64,000 nucleotides of DNA from a virus (Duplodnaviria; Heunggongvirae; Uroviricota; Caudoviricetes). Under the pieces are notes generated by a model. That model made no database searches, was not told the origin of the DNA, and saw only the letters and a list, made by a program, of their open reading frames with translations. The first letter of the stretch is position 1; each line of letters opens with the position of its first letter. Made by a program: the position numbers and the translations under genes. Below, one piece after another: positions 18,085-28,800 of this stretch. The stretch lies in IMG/VR virus record IMGVR_UViG_3300033075_001920. The stretch is one strand, 5' to 3'.

Positions 18085-20157
18085 ATGTCACTTACAGCCA
18101 GTTTAGCCCAGACAATCAAAACCATAGAAGGTAATGGACTTGCCGTTTTTATCAATGAACAAGGAGTTCTTATGCTTAAAGACGTACACGGACAACTGGC
18201 AACGGTGCAATCCTTTATTTCCGGCGGCGGTGGAAGTTCTGACCTTACGGTAGGAACTACTCCAATTCTTTCCGGAGGTTTAAAGCGCGTCCTGTTCGAA
18301 GGAGCTGGTAATATACTTCAAGAATCTTCAAATTTTGTATGGGATTATACCAATAATCGCCTTGGTGTAGGTACAAGCGATCCGGATACAGACATCGCGG
18401 TACAAAAAGCATCAGCAGATGTTGTATTTCAAATTTCAGGTACCTCTGATTTTGACCGCAAGGTGAAATTCAGTTCCTTGGACGGCGGAAGCAATCTTGG
18501 TCGTTTCTCATTTAAGATTACCGGAAACGAAAGCGGATCAGATGCAGGTTCTGATTTATATATTGAGAGATATGATGATGCCGGAGATGTAATAGCCAAT
18601 GCTATGTTTATAGAAAGGGCTACTGGCTTTGTGGGTGTTAATACAAGTTCACCTGCCGGATTCTTTCATATTTTCGGAGCATCTTCTACTACCAATTCAA
18701 TTATAGACGCCAGCAACAATATTGACAGAAACCTTCAATATAGAACCGATGATGTAATACGCTGGAATCTGAATGTTACAGGAGATGAAACCGGTTCGAA
18801 TGCCGGGGCAAATATTGCTTTTAATCGCTACAGCGATGGAGGTGCATTAATTGATGCTGCATTATCCATCACCAGATCGAATGGAAGGGTGGTAGTACTT
18901 AATAACGCCAATGTTGGTGGAGTGCTCGCTCAGACTGCAAGATTAGATGTTGTAGGAAGCAGCGATGTGTCCGGTTCTGCATTGTATATTGGTTCATTAA
19001 GCAATGAAGCTTACCGTATCTATAACAATCGTACAATTGTCTATGGAGGAAGTTCTGCAGCAGCCAGCACACATATCACAGTAAACAACGTCGGAGGTTC
19101 TTCCGGCTCATCCACTTATGCTCAGCAGTGGATAGGCTCAGGTGGAGATAACATTGTGCGAATCTCCAATAACGATGGTTCAAACACCGGTGGTATACAA
19201 ATTTTAAGAACCCAGGCATCGACTTCAAGAACTTCAATTACTGTTGCCGTAGGCTCTACCACTTATTTCAACGTAATGAGCAATGGTATGCTGTATTTTC
19301 CAACAAGAGGTACATGGTTTGATGATGGAACAGCTGCGCATATCCAGTACGTAAATACAGCGGCCGGTAATGCCAATCAGGGATTATGGTTTAATATTGA
19401 AACCGGTTCAGAGGATAGCTTTGTTTTCCATAAATCTCGTTCGAGCGGCGCTATTTCAACAGCGCCATTTATGAGATGGTTCTCAACCTTCACCGATTCC
19501 GGACAGCCGATAACAGGTACCCAAACCATGTTGCGAATAGATCCTACAACCACTTTTACCGGTTCTGGTTCTATCAATCTGGTTGGTATAGAATATAATC
19601 CTACATTAACAAATATCAATGGTGTAAACTATGCTTTGTTAATGAAATCAGGTAGAAATGGTTTTGGTCTTGGTTCTACACTTCCAACTGCAATAATTGA
19701 CATAACCGGTTCGACTACCGGTGTATCCTCCCTGCGCATGCGCTCAGGTACAGCGCCAAGTTCTCCGAATGATGGGGATGATTGGTATACCGGAACAGTA
19801 AGACAATTCAGGGTAGGTTCTACAACACGTACATACGAGTTTACACCTGTTACTCAGACAGTAAATGCAACTACAGCTACTACTACAATTGATTTATCGC
19901 TTGCTCAGATAACAATTTTAAATCTACAGACAGCTACTACAGCCCTTACTTTAACAAATCCGGCGGTAGGAACATATATCATTAAAGTCAAGCAGGATGC
20001 TACCGGAAGCCGCTTACTGACCTATACAACTATTATCGCGTGGGCGGGCGGTTCATCTCCAACACTTACAACAACTGCCAATTACAGCGATGTAATTACA
20101 CTGGTATACGATGGAACTAACTTGCTGGCAACATTTACTGCAAACTTTAACGTATAA
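18085..20157 (+). CDS. vertex spike / receptor-binding protein candidate (690 aa)
   Basis: long G/S/T/N-rich beta-type protein; N-terminal 35 aa (TIKTIEGNGLAVFI..LKDVHGQ) conserved in ORF 21176-21664. Confidence 0.5.
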   Translation: MSLTASLAQTIKTIEGNGLAVFINEQGVLMLKDVHGQLATVQSFISGGGGSSDLTVGTTPILSGGLKRVLFEGAGNILQESSNFVWDYTNNRLGVGTSDPDTDIAVQKASADVVFQISGTSDFDRKVKFSSLDGGSNLGRFSFKITGNESGSDAGSDLYIERYDDAGDVIANAMFIERATGFVGVNTSSPAGFFHIFGASSTTNSIIDASNNIDRNLQYRTDDVIRWNLNVTGDETGSNAGANIAFNRYSDGGALIDAALSITRSNGRVVVLNNANVGGVLAQTARLDVVGSSDVSGSALYIGSLSNEAYRIYNNRTIVYGGSSAAASTHITVNNVGGSSGSSTYAQQWIGSGGDNIVRISNNDGSNTGGIQILRTQASTSRTSITVAVGSTTYFNVMSNGMLYFPTRGTWFDDGTAAHIQYVNTAAGNANQGLWFNIETGSEDSFVFHKSRSSGAISTAPFMRWFSTFTDSGQPITGTQTMLRIDPTTTFTGSGSINLVGIEYNPTLTNINGVNYALLMKSGRNGFGLGSTLPTAIIDITGSTTGVSSLRMRSGTAPSSPNDGDDWYTGTVRQFRVGSTTRTYEFTPVTQTVNATTATTTIDLSLAQITILNLQTATTALTLTNPAVGTYIIKVKQDATGSRLLTYTTIIAWAGGSSPTLTTTANYSDVITLVYDGTNLLATFTANFNV

Positions 20158-20191
20158 TAAGCAAATCCGGTCAACTTTTAAATAAAATAAC

Positions 20192-20653
20192 ATGCAAGAT
20201 ATTCTTAAACTTCAAACAGCACTGGAACTTACCGATTGGACAAATCGCGGTCTTACACACAGTGTTTCAGATGATCCTGTAACCGGTAAGAACAGAATTG
20301 CCTTAATGGGTGGATTTGATCACATAGACTTCAATAACAACAAGCTCGGAGTTTATGTGGTTATCTACAATTTGGACGACAATGGCAAACCGCTCAATGG
20401 CAGACTGTCTAAGGCAGATGGGTCTATCTATCCCAAAGAGATATTGATTCAGGCCAACAATGAAACATTTGTTTCGCTTCCCGGTTTAACTGTTATTCCA
20501 AATGAGGATGTTACAGACGACATGCGAAATAATGTTGATTACGGAAATGGATATATGCGCGAGTTTGACGCCTATTTTGCCGTAGCCCAAGCGGGAGCAA
20601 TCAACTTGTTTGATTTAATCAGAAACGCTATAGACACATCTTCCCAGGTATGA
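20192..20653 (+). CDS. hypothetical protein (153 aa)
   Basis: ORF in spike cluster. Confidence 0.45.
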   Translation: MQDILKLQTALELTDWTNRGLTHSVSDDPVTGKNRIALMGGFDHIDFNNNKLGVYVVIYNLDDNGKPLNGRLSKADGSIYPKEILIQANNETFVSLPGLTVIPNEDVTDDMRNNVDYGNGYMREFDAYFAVAQAGAINLFDLIRNAIDTSSQV

Positions 20654-21165
20654 TTCAGACAGGTGATATAGCAATGGTGCATACACCGTTTAACTGGAGA
20701 CAGCCGCTTACAATTATCAGTTTTCTGATTCGAAAAGTCACCGGATTCTTCTGGAACCACAATATGACATTTTATACTGTGGACGGATTAGTATTTGTAG
20801 TTGAAAGCGATATTTCCGGAGTTGTCATATATCCCATATACAACATCAATCCGAGTAAAATAGTCAAAATATACAGATTGCCTGATCCGGGGGATAAGAA
20901 CAGACTCCTGAGTAGGATCCATAAAACCAAGTATGATTTTCGCGGGTTATTCATTCACGGGTTAGTCAAAGAATATTTAGGCATCTGGATAGGTCCAACT
21001 TGTCCGGGCGCTCAATACGAAAAATTCACCTGTTGTGAGTTTGTTCTCTGGTGGAGAAAGCAACCGGATGCATATAAATCAAAACCATCTGACGTTGAAA
21101 AATACTGTCTTGAAAATCAAGGAACTGTTGTATATGAAGGATCTGTAAAAAATATAATGTCGTAA
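20650..21165 (+). CDS. permuted papain-fold amidase/peptidase (YiiX/YaeF, DUF830/C92-like)
   Basis: TGDIAMV, WNHNMTFYTVDGLVFVVES (His), KYDFRG and C-terminal FTCCEFVLW (Cys) follow the permuted-papain pattern. Confidence 0.5.
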   Translation: MIQTGDIAMVHTPFNWRQPLTIISFLIRKVTGFFWNHNMTFYTVDGLVFVVESDISGVVIYPIYNINPSKIVKIYRLPDPGDKNRLLSRIHKTKYDFRGLFIHGLVKEYLGIWIGPTCPGAQYEKFTCCEFVLWWRKQPDAYKSKPSDVEKYCLENQGTVVYEGSVKNIMS

Positions 21166-21175
21166 TGATTACTTA

Positions 21176-21664
21176 ATGATTACTAGGAGTTTACCACATA
21201 CCGTCAAAACTATTGAAGGCAATGGCTTAGCGGTTTTCGTGGACGATACAGACTCCGAATTAAAAGTTAAAGATGTCAATGGTCAGGTTTTTAATATTGC
21301 AGATCTAATTTCAAATGCATTAGAGAACAGAATATCATTTACAAAAGCTTTTTCATTACATGATCCCGACACTTCAGATATCATTCTTCTCAGAACAGAC
21401 CACCAATATCTTATTCAGGAAGTGTATTCACTGGCTCAGGGAGTTAATCCTGAAATTTCATACAACATTTATTTTGCTCCCAGTTATAGCGATACCCCTA
21501 CACAACTGTGGGATGAGGATAAGCTTATTACCGGCGAAAGTGCGTTTACGGAATTTGATCATTCAAGAATTGACAGCGCTAATGTTATTTGGTTTAAAAT
21601 TAATTCTTTATCCGGAAGCGACTTAAAATTTCATACAACCATCACTTTTATAAAAATTCATTAA
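21176..21664 (+). CDS. spike-associated protein sharing N-terminal module with 18085-20157
   Basis: TVKTIEGNGLAVFVDD..LKVKDVNGQ conserved with the 690-aa protein N-terminus. Confidence 0.5.
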   Translation: MITRSLPHTVKTIEGNGLAVFVDDTDSELKVKDVNGQVFNIADLISNALENRISFTKAFSLHDPDTSDIILLRTDHQYLIQEVYSLAQGVNPEISYNIYFAPSYSDTPTQLWDEDKLITGESAFTEFDHSRIDSANVIWFKINSLSGSDLKFHTTITFIKIH

Positions 21665-21670
21665 TCCAAA

Positions 21671-22093
21671 ATGTCAGTAGTAGCATTAACCCTTTATCCT
21701 TCATTTGTCGAAGGTAAAAACGAAGGAAAACACAATCTTCAAACCGACCAGATTATGGTTGCATTCACTAATGCAGCCCCTAACCCTGCTCATACCGTTT
21801 TGGCTGATTTAAGCCCGATAAACCATGCAAATATGTCATCCAGGGTGCTGTCAATGGTGTCATCATCAATGAGCGGAGGCACATACCGGTTTATAGTTGC
21901 GGATAATACCATCACCTCTTCCGGCGGTTCATCCGGTCCGTATCAGCATATACACATATACAACAATACGGCAACAAATAAGGATTTGATTGCTTACGGA
22001 AGCTTTGCCGCTGCAAAAACCTTGGAAGATACCGATCAGCAGGTTTTGGATTTTGATGGAACAGAAGGACTTTTAAAAGATGTTATCGTTTAA
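21671..22093 (+). CDS. hypothetical protein (140 aa)
   Basis: ORF. Confidence 0.45.
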   Translation: MSVVALTLYPSFVEGKNEGKHNLQTDQIMVAFTNAAPNPAHTVLADLSPINHANMSSRVLSMVSSSMSGGTYRFIVADNTITSSGGSSGPYQHIHIYNNTATNKDLIAYGSFAAAKTLEDTDQQVLDFDGTEGLLKDVIV

Positions 22094-22095
22094 TT

Positions 22096-22476
22096 ATGGA
22101 ACAAGAAATATTACAACAAATCAGTCAGCTTCGCTCTCAATATCACGATAATATTGACAAGATGACCATAGCTCAGGAAGCAGATCTTTCATCGGCTATC
22201 AAAAAAGCATGCTCCCAGCTTCAAGACTTTTACTTAAAAGGTGTTAAAATACCTGGTAATGTCAATGGCAATGTGCTGGGTATGAGAAAAAACGAGCATA
22301 CTATTGAAATTGGCTGCCAAGTGATGGTAACAATCGGCAAAAAAGTAACCCCTGTTTTTATTAAATCCCAGGGTGTAACCCAAGAGTTAGCTGCAGCCAG
22401 TTGGAATGCGGATGATTTTATCAATAAGGCAGGACTTAAACTTGTTTGGAAGGGAGATGATATAGTATGTCAATAA
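22096..22476 (+). CDS. hypothetical protein (126 aa)
   Basis: ORF. Confidence 0.45.
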   Translation: MEQEILQQISQLRSQYHDNIDKMTIAQEADLSSAIKKACSQLQDFYLKGVKIPGNVNGNVLGMRKNEHTIEIGCQVMVTIGKKVTPVFIKSQGVTQELAAASWNADDFINKAGLKLVWKGDDIVCQ

Positions 22477-23276
22477 CCACTCTCGACGGTGTTATTGCCG
22501 GTGCCAAGCCTCCAGTATGGTTTGCAAAGGCAATTACTCCTACTCTTGTAGCGGGTAAGCCTCAAAGCCTATGGGGATTAGGTGGCAATCCCGGTGCGGG
22601 TGCTTTCAGTGGCTCATTGGCAGGTGCTGCATTGTCATCCTCAGGTGGATTGGTAGCAGGTCAGCTGCCTTATAGCGATCCAAGCAATAATTCATATTTG
22701 AGCCTGTTTTCAGCGATGGCAACGCAGGCCGGTATGCTCTTACTATGCGATAGATTATGGCATAACGGTGGTTTTACAATTACCTCCAACACTTCTCAAA
22801 CAGTGAACTCAGTTGCTTTCCCTGCCAGAGATAATAATGGATCCGCTAATGGCGAAGGTGTTCTTTTAGGTCTTGAAATTTCCTCGGGAGCCGGCGCCGC
22901 TGCTCCAACCATCACAGTAAGTTATACCAATAGCGATAATACCGCAGGAAGAACAGCTCTCAATTCATTTGCTACAGCAAACTCCCCTGCTGCAGGTTCG
23001 TTTTTTCCAATTGGTCTGCAGGCAACCGATAAGGGAGTCAGAAGTGTTCAGAGTTTAACATTATCGGCATCCTGGCTTTCCGGTACCATGAACTTAGTGG
23101 CTTACAGGGTTCTTGCAGCAATTGAGCTTATAGGGGCAAACATCCCTAATGCCATAGATGCTGTCACCGGGGGCTTTCCAAAATTACACAACGGCACTGT
23201 TCCGTTTCTTATTTTCATTCCCAATACTACTACTGCTTCATATGTGAACGGAAGGGTAGTGTACTCACAAGACTAA
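22467..23276 (+). CDS. beta-rich virion protein (269 aa; capsid or penton candidate)
   Basis: A/G/S/T-rich, no TM; size comparable to small double-jelly-roll capsid proteins (inference only). Confidence 0.45.
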   Translation: MSITTLDGVIAGAKPPVWFAKAITPTLVAGKPQSLWGLGGNPGAGAFSGSLAGAALSSSGGLVAGQLPYSDPSNNSYLSLFSAMATQAGMLLLCDRLWHNGGFTITSNTSQTVNSVAFPARDNNGSANGEGVLLGLEISSGAGAAAPTITVSYTNSDNTAGRTALNSFATANSPAAGSFFPIGLQATDKGVRSVQSLTLSASWLSGTMNLVAYRVLAAIELIGANIPNAIDAVTGGFPKLHNGTVPFLIFIPNTTTASYVNGRVVYSQD

Positions 23277-24214
23277 TGCATCAGCTCTTATCCTCATATG
23301 GCATTCAATCTAAGTTCTTGAAAAGAAGAGCTCGGCTCCTGAATTTAGAAAAGACCAATATGGCTTTTCCAAATACAGATACAGCTTCGAGTGTCATTTG
23401 GCAGGATTGGTATAGCAGAGGACAAAGTTTAAACACTGTACATAATGATAGTTTTACGACCGGCCGCATAAATGCATCAGCAGTTTCTTTAAATTCCAGA
23501 ACCGTTAGAAATGATTCTGCCAGCGGTGATCAGTCCGATAGTTCTGTGATTTCAATTTCTGCCATAGCAGTGAGAAAAGAGGCTATTTCAGTGTCTCAAA
23601 CAAATAATACAGCCGTCTCCCTGATTCAAAGAATTATTTATCGTGCCACAATTCCCAAGGCAGAAAATAGTTCTCAAAGCGTAAATATCCAAGCTTTCAC
23701 CAAAGCAACAGCTCAGCATGCGACGGTCCAAACGCAAAATCAATCTAACGCGATAAATCAAAGCACGGTTTATAATGGGCTATTCACCCCGTCTGTCCTA
23801 AACAGCCAGAGCGAACCGGTAAGCTATAGAATGGTTTATTCCCGGCAACTGACTCCATCCGGGCAGCAATCCCAGGCAAATGTTATAGATGGACGAAACA
23901 TAAAACGAAATACGGTCTCTCCGGCATCAAATCAAGCTGCGGCAGGAGAGATATCGGTTAAAAAAATCACTCCAAATCAGTTTCAAGATGCTCAATCATT
24001 GAGTTATGTGCCTGAAATTCAAAGTTTCAGTATTGTATCAGACACAGTGAATGCCGGGTTATCCCATGCTGTTAGTAATATAATGAATTCATACTCAGTG
24101 AGTCAATTTACTTTTGTAAAAGCAGTGGTTAATGCCTCCGGAATTAACATTCAGGAAAGCTTCATCCACAACACATCGCCGTCGATGTCCAAGAAAATAA
24201 TATTCATAATTTAA
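23276..24214 (+). CDS. S/N/Q-rich structural protein (312 aa)
   Basis: low-complexity Ser/Asn/Gln-rich ORF, 1-nt overlap. Confidence 0.45.
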   Translation: MHQLLSSYGIQSKFLKRRARLLNLEKTNMAFPNTDTASSVIWQDWYSRGQSLNTVHNDSFTTGRINASAVSLNSRTVRNDSASGDQSDSSVISISAIAVRKEAISVSQTNNTAVSLIQRIIYRATIPKAENSSQSVNIQAFTKATAQHATVQTQNQSNAINQSTVYNGLFTPSVLNSQSEPVSYRMVYSRQLTPSGQQSQANVIDGRNIKRNTVSPASNQAAAGEISVKKITPNQFQDAQSLSYVPEIQSFSIVSDTVNAGLSHAVSNIMNSYSVSQFTFVKAVVNASGINIQESFIHNTSPSMSKKIIFII

Positions 24215-24224
24215 ATAGATACAT

Positions 24225-24608
24225 ATGGACAAATCAAAAAACAAACGAAATCCAGATCAAGTGCCTCCAAAAGAACACTTGGTCGAAGCAAAGGTAGAGC
24301 CGGCAAAAGACGGCAAAATCTATGTTACAAAATCTGAGCTTGATTACATCAAGAAAAAAGATACTGTTACTGCGCAGATGAAGGACCGCATTAGTGATAT
24401 CACCATCAATATAATGGTTCTTGAAGAACAGAGAAAGAATGTATTTTCTCAGTTGAAAGACCATTTAAGGCAGTTTGATGAATGGCAAGGAGAATTCATT
24501 TCGCCAAAATACGGAAAGGGTAACATCAACCTTGAAACAGGTGAATTTATTGCCCAGGCGAAGGAAGTACCAAAACAGGAAGTAACGTTAGAAGCCGCCG
24601 CAAAATGA
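24225..24608 (+). CDS. hypothetical charged protein (127 aa)
   Basis: ORF, ATGA overlap with next. Confidence 0.45.
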   Translation: MDKSKNKRNPDQVPPKEHLVEAKVEPAKDGKIYVTKSELDYIKKKDTVTAQMKDRISDITINIMVLEEQRKNVFSQLKDHLRQFDEWQGEFISPKYGKGNINLETGEFIAQAKEVPKQEVTLEAAAK

Positions 24609-25081
24609 TTGTAGTGTTTTACGGCGCCCGAGACAGCGGTAAAACGACACTATGCAAATTGTTTCACAGCTGGCTACGGAGCGAGACGAATTATAAAAAG
24701 ATACATTACATTGATTCTGATAAAATCAAGTATGTATTTAGTAAAGGACAGACCATGTATGATATAGCATCATTTGGACTCCACGACAGGGCAGTTATAT
24801 GTGCCCGTTACGAAGAATCGCTTAATGAAGTGGTCCTTATGGCTATGCCTTTTCCTACTCAGAAAGAACGAGATCTTTTATCCGATCATCCAAACACACT
24901 TTGGTTGTATTTAAAAGATATAAATTCGGCCAGAGAATTAAAGAATAAAAAGCCCATTATTCCATTTGAAGAGCCAAGTGATCAGATTATCGATACAGGT
25001 CTTAATAATGAAATCAAAACCCTTGATATCGTTATTGAAAAATTTAAACAATTTACATTTAACCAGGTAATGAAAAACTAA
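24605..25081 (+). CDS. small P-loop NTPase / kinase-like protein
   Basis: Walker A VFYGARDSGKTT, downstream YIDSD. Confidence 0.55.
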   Translation: MIVVFYGARDSGKTTLCKLFHSWLRSETNYKKIHYIDSDKIKYVFSKGQTMYDIASFGLHDRAVICARYEESLNEVVLMAMPFPTQKERDLLSDHPNTLWLYLKDINSARELKNKKPIIPFEEPSDQIIDTGLNNEIKTLDIVIEKFKQFTFNQVMKN

Positions 25082-25083
25082 CC

Positions 25084-25782
25084 ATGCAGGTACCATTCGG
25101 ATTTATGTCATCTACTCCTTCCATAGGCACAGCCAGAGTTCTTCGGGTTGCTGGCGGTGGTGGGGGTGGTGAATATAATGGCGGTGGTGGCAGTGCGGGT
25201 GAATTTTTAGACACGCCCTCTGAGGTTATTCCCCAAGGCGCCAATACCGTTACAGTAGGTATTGGTGGTCCGGGTGCGCCCGGTTCAGGTTCTCCCGAGG
25301 CAGGCGATGACGGAGGCGATACAACCTTTAATGGTGTAACAGTATCGGGAGGTGCGGGAGGTGGAGGAGATACAGGTCTTGGTGGAAACGGTGCCGGTTC
25401 TGCAGGCTCAGGTAGAGACGCAGGAGATGGATTGTCAAGCGATATTTCCGGTTCTACGCTATTTTATTCAGGTGGTGGTGGAGCGTCCGATGGTGGAAGC
25501 ACATTGCACGTGGGTGGTAGTGGAGTGGGAGGAGATGGCTCGGTTAATGATACTGCAACCCCTGCCACAAGTGGAGTAGCGAACAGGGGATCAGGAGGAG
25601 GTGGAGACTGGTTTGGTATAGATGCCGGTGATGGTTCAGACGGTGTAGTAGTGATTGCTTACAAGACAGATGGTTCTGATGGTATTTCAAATTCATCTAC
25701 CGGAGGAACAATTACCACAAGCGGAGCATACACAATTCATACATTTACCACAAGCGGAACCTTTACATGCGTGTATTCATAA
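25084..25782 (+). CDS. glycine-rich fibre-like protein
   Basis: GGGGGEYNGGGG and many G-rich repeats; N-terminus MQVPFGFMSS shared with next gene. Confidence 0.5.
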   Translation: MQVPFGFMSSTPSIGTARVLRVAGGGGGGEYNGGGGSAGEFLDTPSEVIPQGANTVTVGIGGPGAPGSGSPEAGDDGGDTTFNGVTVSGGAGGGGDTGLGGNGAGSAGSGRDAGDGLSSDISGSTLFYSGGGGASDGGSTLHVGGSGVGGDGSVNDTATPATSGVANRGSGGGGDWFGIDAGDGSDGVVVIAYKTDGSDGISNSSTGGTITTSGAYTIHTFTTSGTFTCVYS

Positions 25783-25821
25783 CAGGAAAACATGAAATAA
25801 AACAAAACTAACGAAAATAGA

Positions 25822-28800
25822 ATGCTGGTACCATTTGGATTTATGTCTTCGGACGCGGAAGTTAACACAGACAATTATAACTTTACGTTATCTGCGCCGG
25901 CAATGGTGAGTGCCGGTGTTTATGATTCTGATGATTATCTGCTGAGGGTTCTTTTCCAGGGGGAATATTTAGAAGCAGGCAATCACGTATTTACATGGGA
26001 TAAACTCGACAGACAAGGTAATCCCGTTACGGGCACTCCCGGTGTTGATTGGGTTATAAAGTATTTGAGGTCTGAGGCAAATATTGTCTATCAATCTCCT
26101 TTAATAGGAAACTCCTCCACCGTTGAGCATGGCCGGCATAAACTCAGATCATTCAATCCGCTGCAGTGCGCCGTATTGGATGGTAATATTATGACCTTTG
26201 GATGCGGATATGCCGAAGGTATCAGCTCTGCCCACCAATTACTTTACGATAACAAGGGAGAAAAACTTAATGACCTTCTAGATGGTATATTTGGTGAAAA
26301 TGGTCAGGAAACAGAATTTATATGCTCAGACGGAACTATTGTTTATCTGGCCGGCTTTGACCCGTACAACAACGTTACTTCATGGGTCTTTGGAGTATTA
26401 CTGAACAATACAACAGAATTTGAATTTGCGGATGGTGTTCCATACACATGCTCTATCGGACGAACATATAACTGGTGTATTGGATACATGGATGGCGGCA
26501 CCGATGAACAAATAACCGGAATAGCCGTATCGGATTCATATCTATACATTGCCAGAGGCGGCATTGATACTATTCAGATTTTAAATAAACTTACCGGTGA
26601 ACTCCTTGTGACCAACACGGATTATACGAACCCGAGGGCTATATCTATCATTGGAGATAAAATGACGATGATTACCGGCACTTCAGGAGCGGGTGATGTT
26701 GATACATATACACTCTCAGGCACTACAATTACCCTGGATGTATCACTAGCCAGTCTGGTTGACCCGTTAAATACGGCTATGAGCGTTAGGCTTATAGAGT
26801 ACCTGCAATCAACAAACAGTTCAATTTCCGGATACGATACACTTCAAACATGGAGACCGGTTTCAACCCAGGAAGTAGTAACGGTAACAACTACCAATGT
26901 AAGCACAGAATATCTTTTAAAAGCTTTCAATACCGGCGCCATTGGTCTTACATCCATTCCTGCATGCGATTGGGAATTTAACACCTATTGCAGAGCTTCG
27001 CTGGCTAATCAGAAGCTGGTTTACAGGGTTTATAAACGCGCAGTCGACACCACGGAAACACAATTATTTACCGTAACGTCTGCAAATATGACAAACGGAA
27101 GTGTTCCGCCATACGATTTATTGACTACAACCAGTTCACAGGGTGCATTCACAATAGACCCTACTGATATAATTGTTGTAAAAATATACGCATACAGAAC
27201 TACCGGCTCGGCTGCGACAGTTAATATCGCCTACGACGGGGCTACTTACATGTCTTACTTTAAGGCAGTTCCTACCACGCCATACATATATATTATTGAT
27301 GGTGGTTCAAGTATGCAAATTAAGCGTTATGATCTGGCCGGTAGCAGTGTAGATACATTTGGAACAGCAGGAGGGTATATCACAAATTCACCTGCAGTAA
27401 CAAATGCTAAATTTGCTTTTGACGATGTTACTGTTCCTTATGGAGAAAGTAATGGATTCAGACCGTTTATTTTACCGGTATTTGATTCAACCTATTGGGT
27501 AATGGATCCGGGGCTGGAAAGATTCCAGCATTATGATTCAAGTAATACGTACATAGAACGCATTAACTGGCTGATCAACTCATACATTGTTATGGGTGTT
27601 ACCGCTGACCCTACAAGGGTATTTAATAAGCTCAATGAATACAGCGTGCCACTGGAAACCCCAGAAGATGCTCAAACCCCTGTAAACTACTGGGCAGGAA
27701 AATTAACGGCAGATTATTTCGACCAGTGGGTGCAGTCATACAGGCAAATTGTAGAGTTTCCTAACGGGGAAACCTATATGCTGTTAAACCATCCGTCAGA
27801 AGGTACATACGAACTTGTCAGGTTAGATCCAACCGTAGGTATTGTTTACTTGGGTATAGATACCGATGCCGACTATGGAACAAGGGTATGGATTGATGAA
27901 GCCACAGGTGATTGGTATTGGGCTGATACAACCTTCTCGGTTGGCGATCCAATTTACATTAAAAAAAGAACCGTTACAGGTTATTCAGGCGGAGGACTTA
28001 TTCCTACATACAGCGCATGGGCTGTCAACACTACCACTCCTGATATTGTAGCAAATTCTGTTACTGCGGATGCTTCCAACAATATCTTCGATACATTCCC
28101 GGTAAAAACATTAAGCGGAAAATTTGCGCTTTATAATCCTGAAAAAACCAATTTAGGATACCACCAAAATATCATAAGAGAGGGAGATAATGCCTGGGAT
28201 TCAGTTTCACATCCTGCCACCTGGTTTGGATCTGCAACTGATAACCCCTATGGTGTTCCGGATGGGTATTATGGAGGATATCCGGATAAGGGATATCATG
28301 ATATAGCCAACCACGTTCAATATGCAGGCTCGAGAATGTTTACGGCCAATAACTTCCTTATACTGCTTTATAGAGGGGAATTCTGGCACGATACGCAGAC
28401 CAATAAGATGTTCCTGTATAACGATATGGGTCTGATGGTTGGTATTATTGGAATAACAGCCGATTCATCCAGAGCTTTAAATGATGATCCATATTATTCA
28501 GCGCAGGCAACGCCGTACATGGTTGGAAATGCATTTACAGCTGCATTCTTTTATTCAGGAACTACTCTTTACATACGTCAAAACGATGAAAGCTATCAGT
28601 CAGCGGTGACTCCTTGGAAAATTGAAAATATGGACTCAGTGGTTGTGGCCAATGCAACCATAGGTGGAACTCTTATTGATGATGGATATGTAAGCTTGCT
28701 TGATGATGTTCCGGTAAGGGACGACGAAGTTCTGTCCGTTGGAAATTTAGTTCGTACTCCAAACAGCCAGTACCATAACGTGCCATCGGGAGATAACTGG

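Noticed and set aside
25352-25579. Alternative-frame ORF inside the glycine-rich gene
   Set aside because: GGN codon repeats open alternative frames trivially; the annotated frame matches the shared N-terminus and the Gly-rich fibre pattern.
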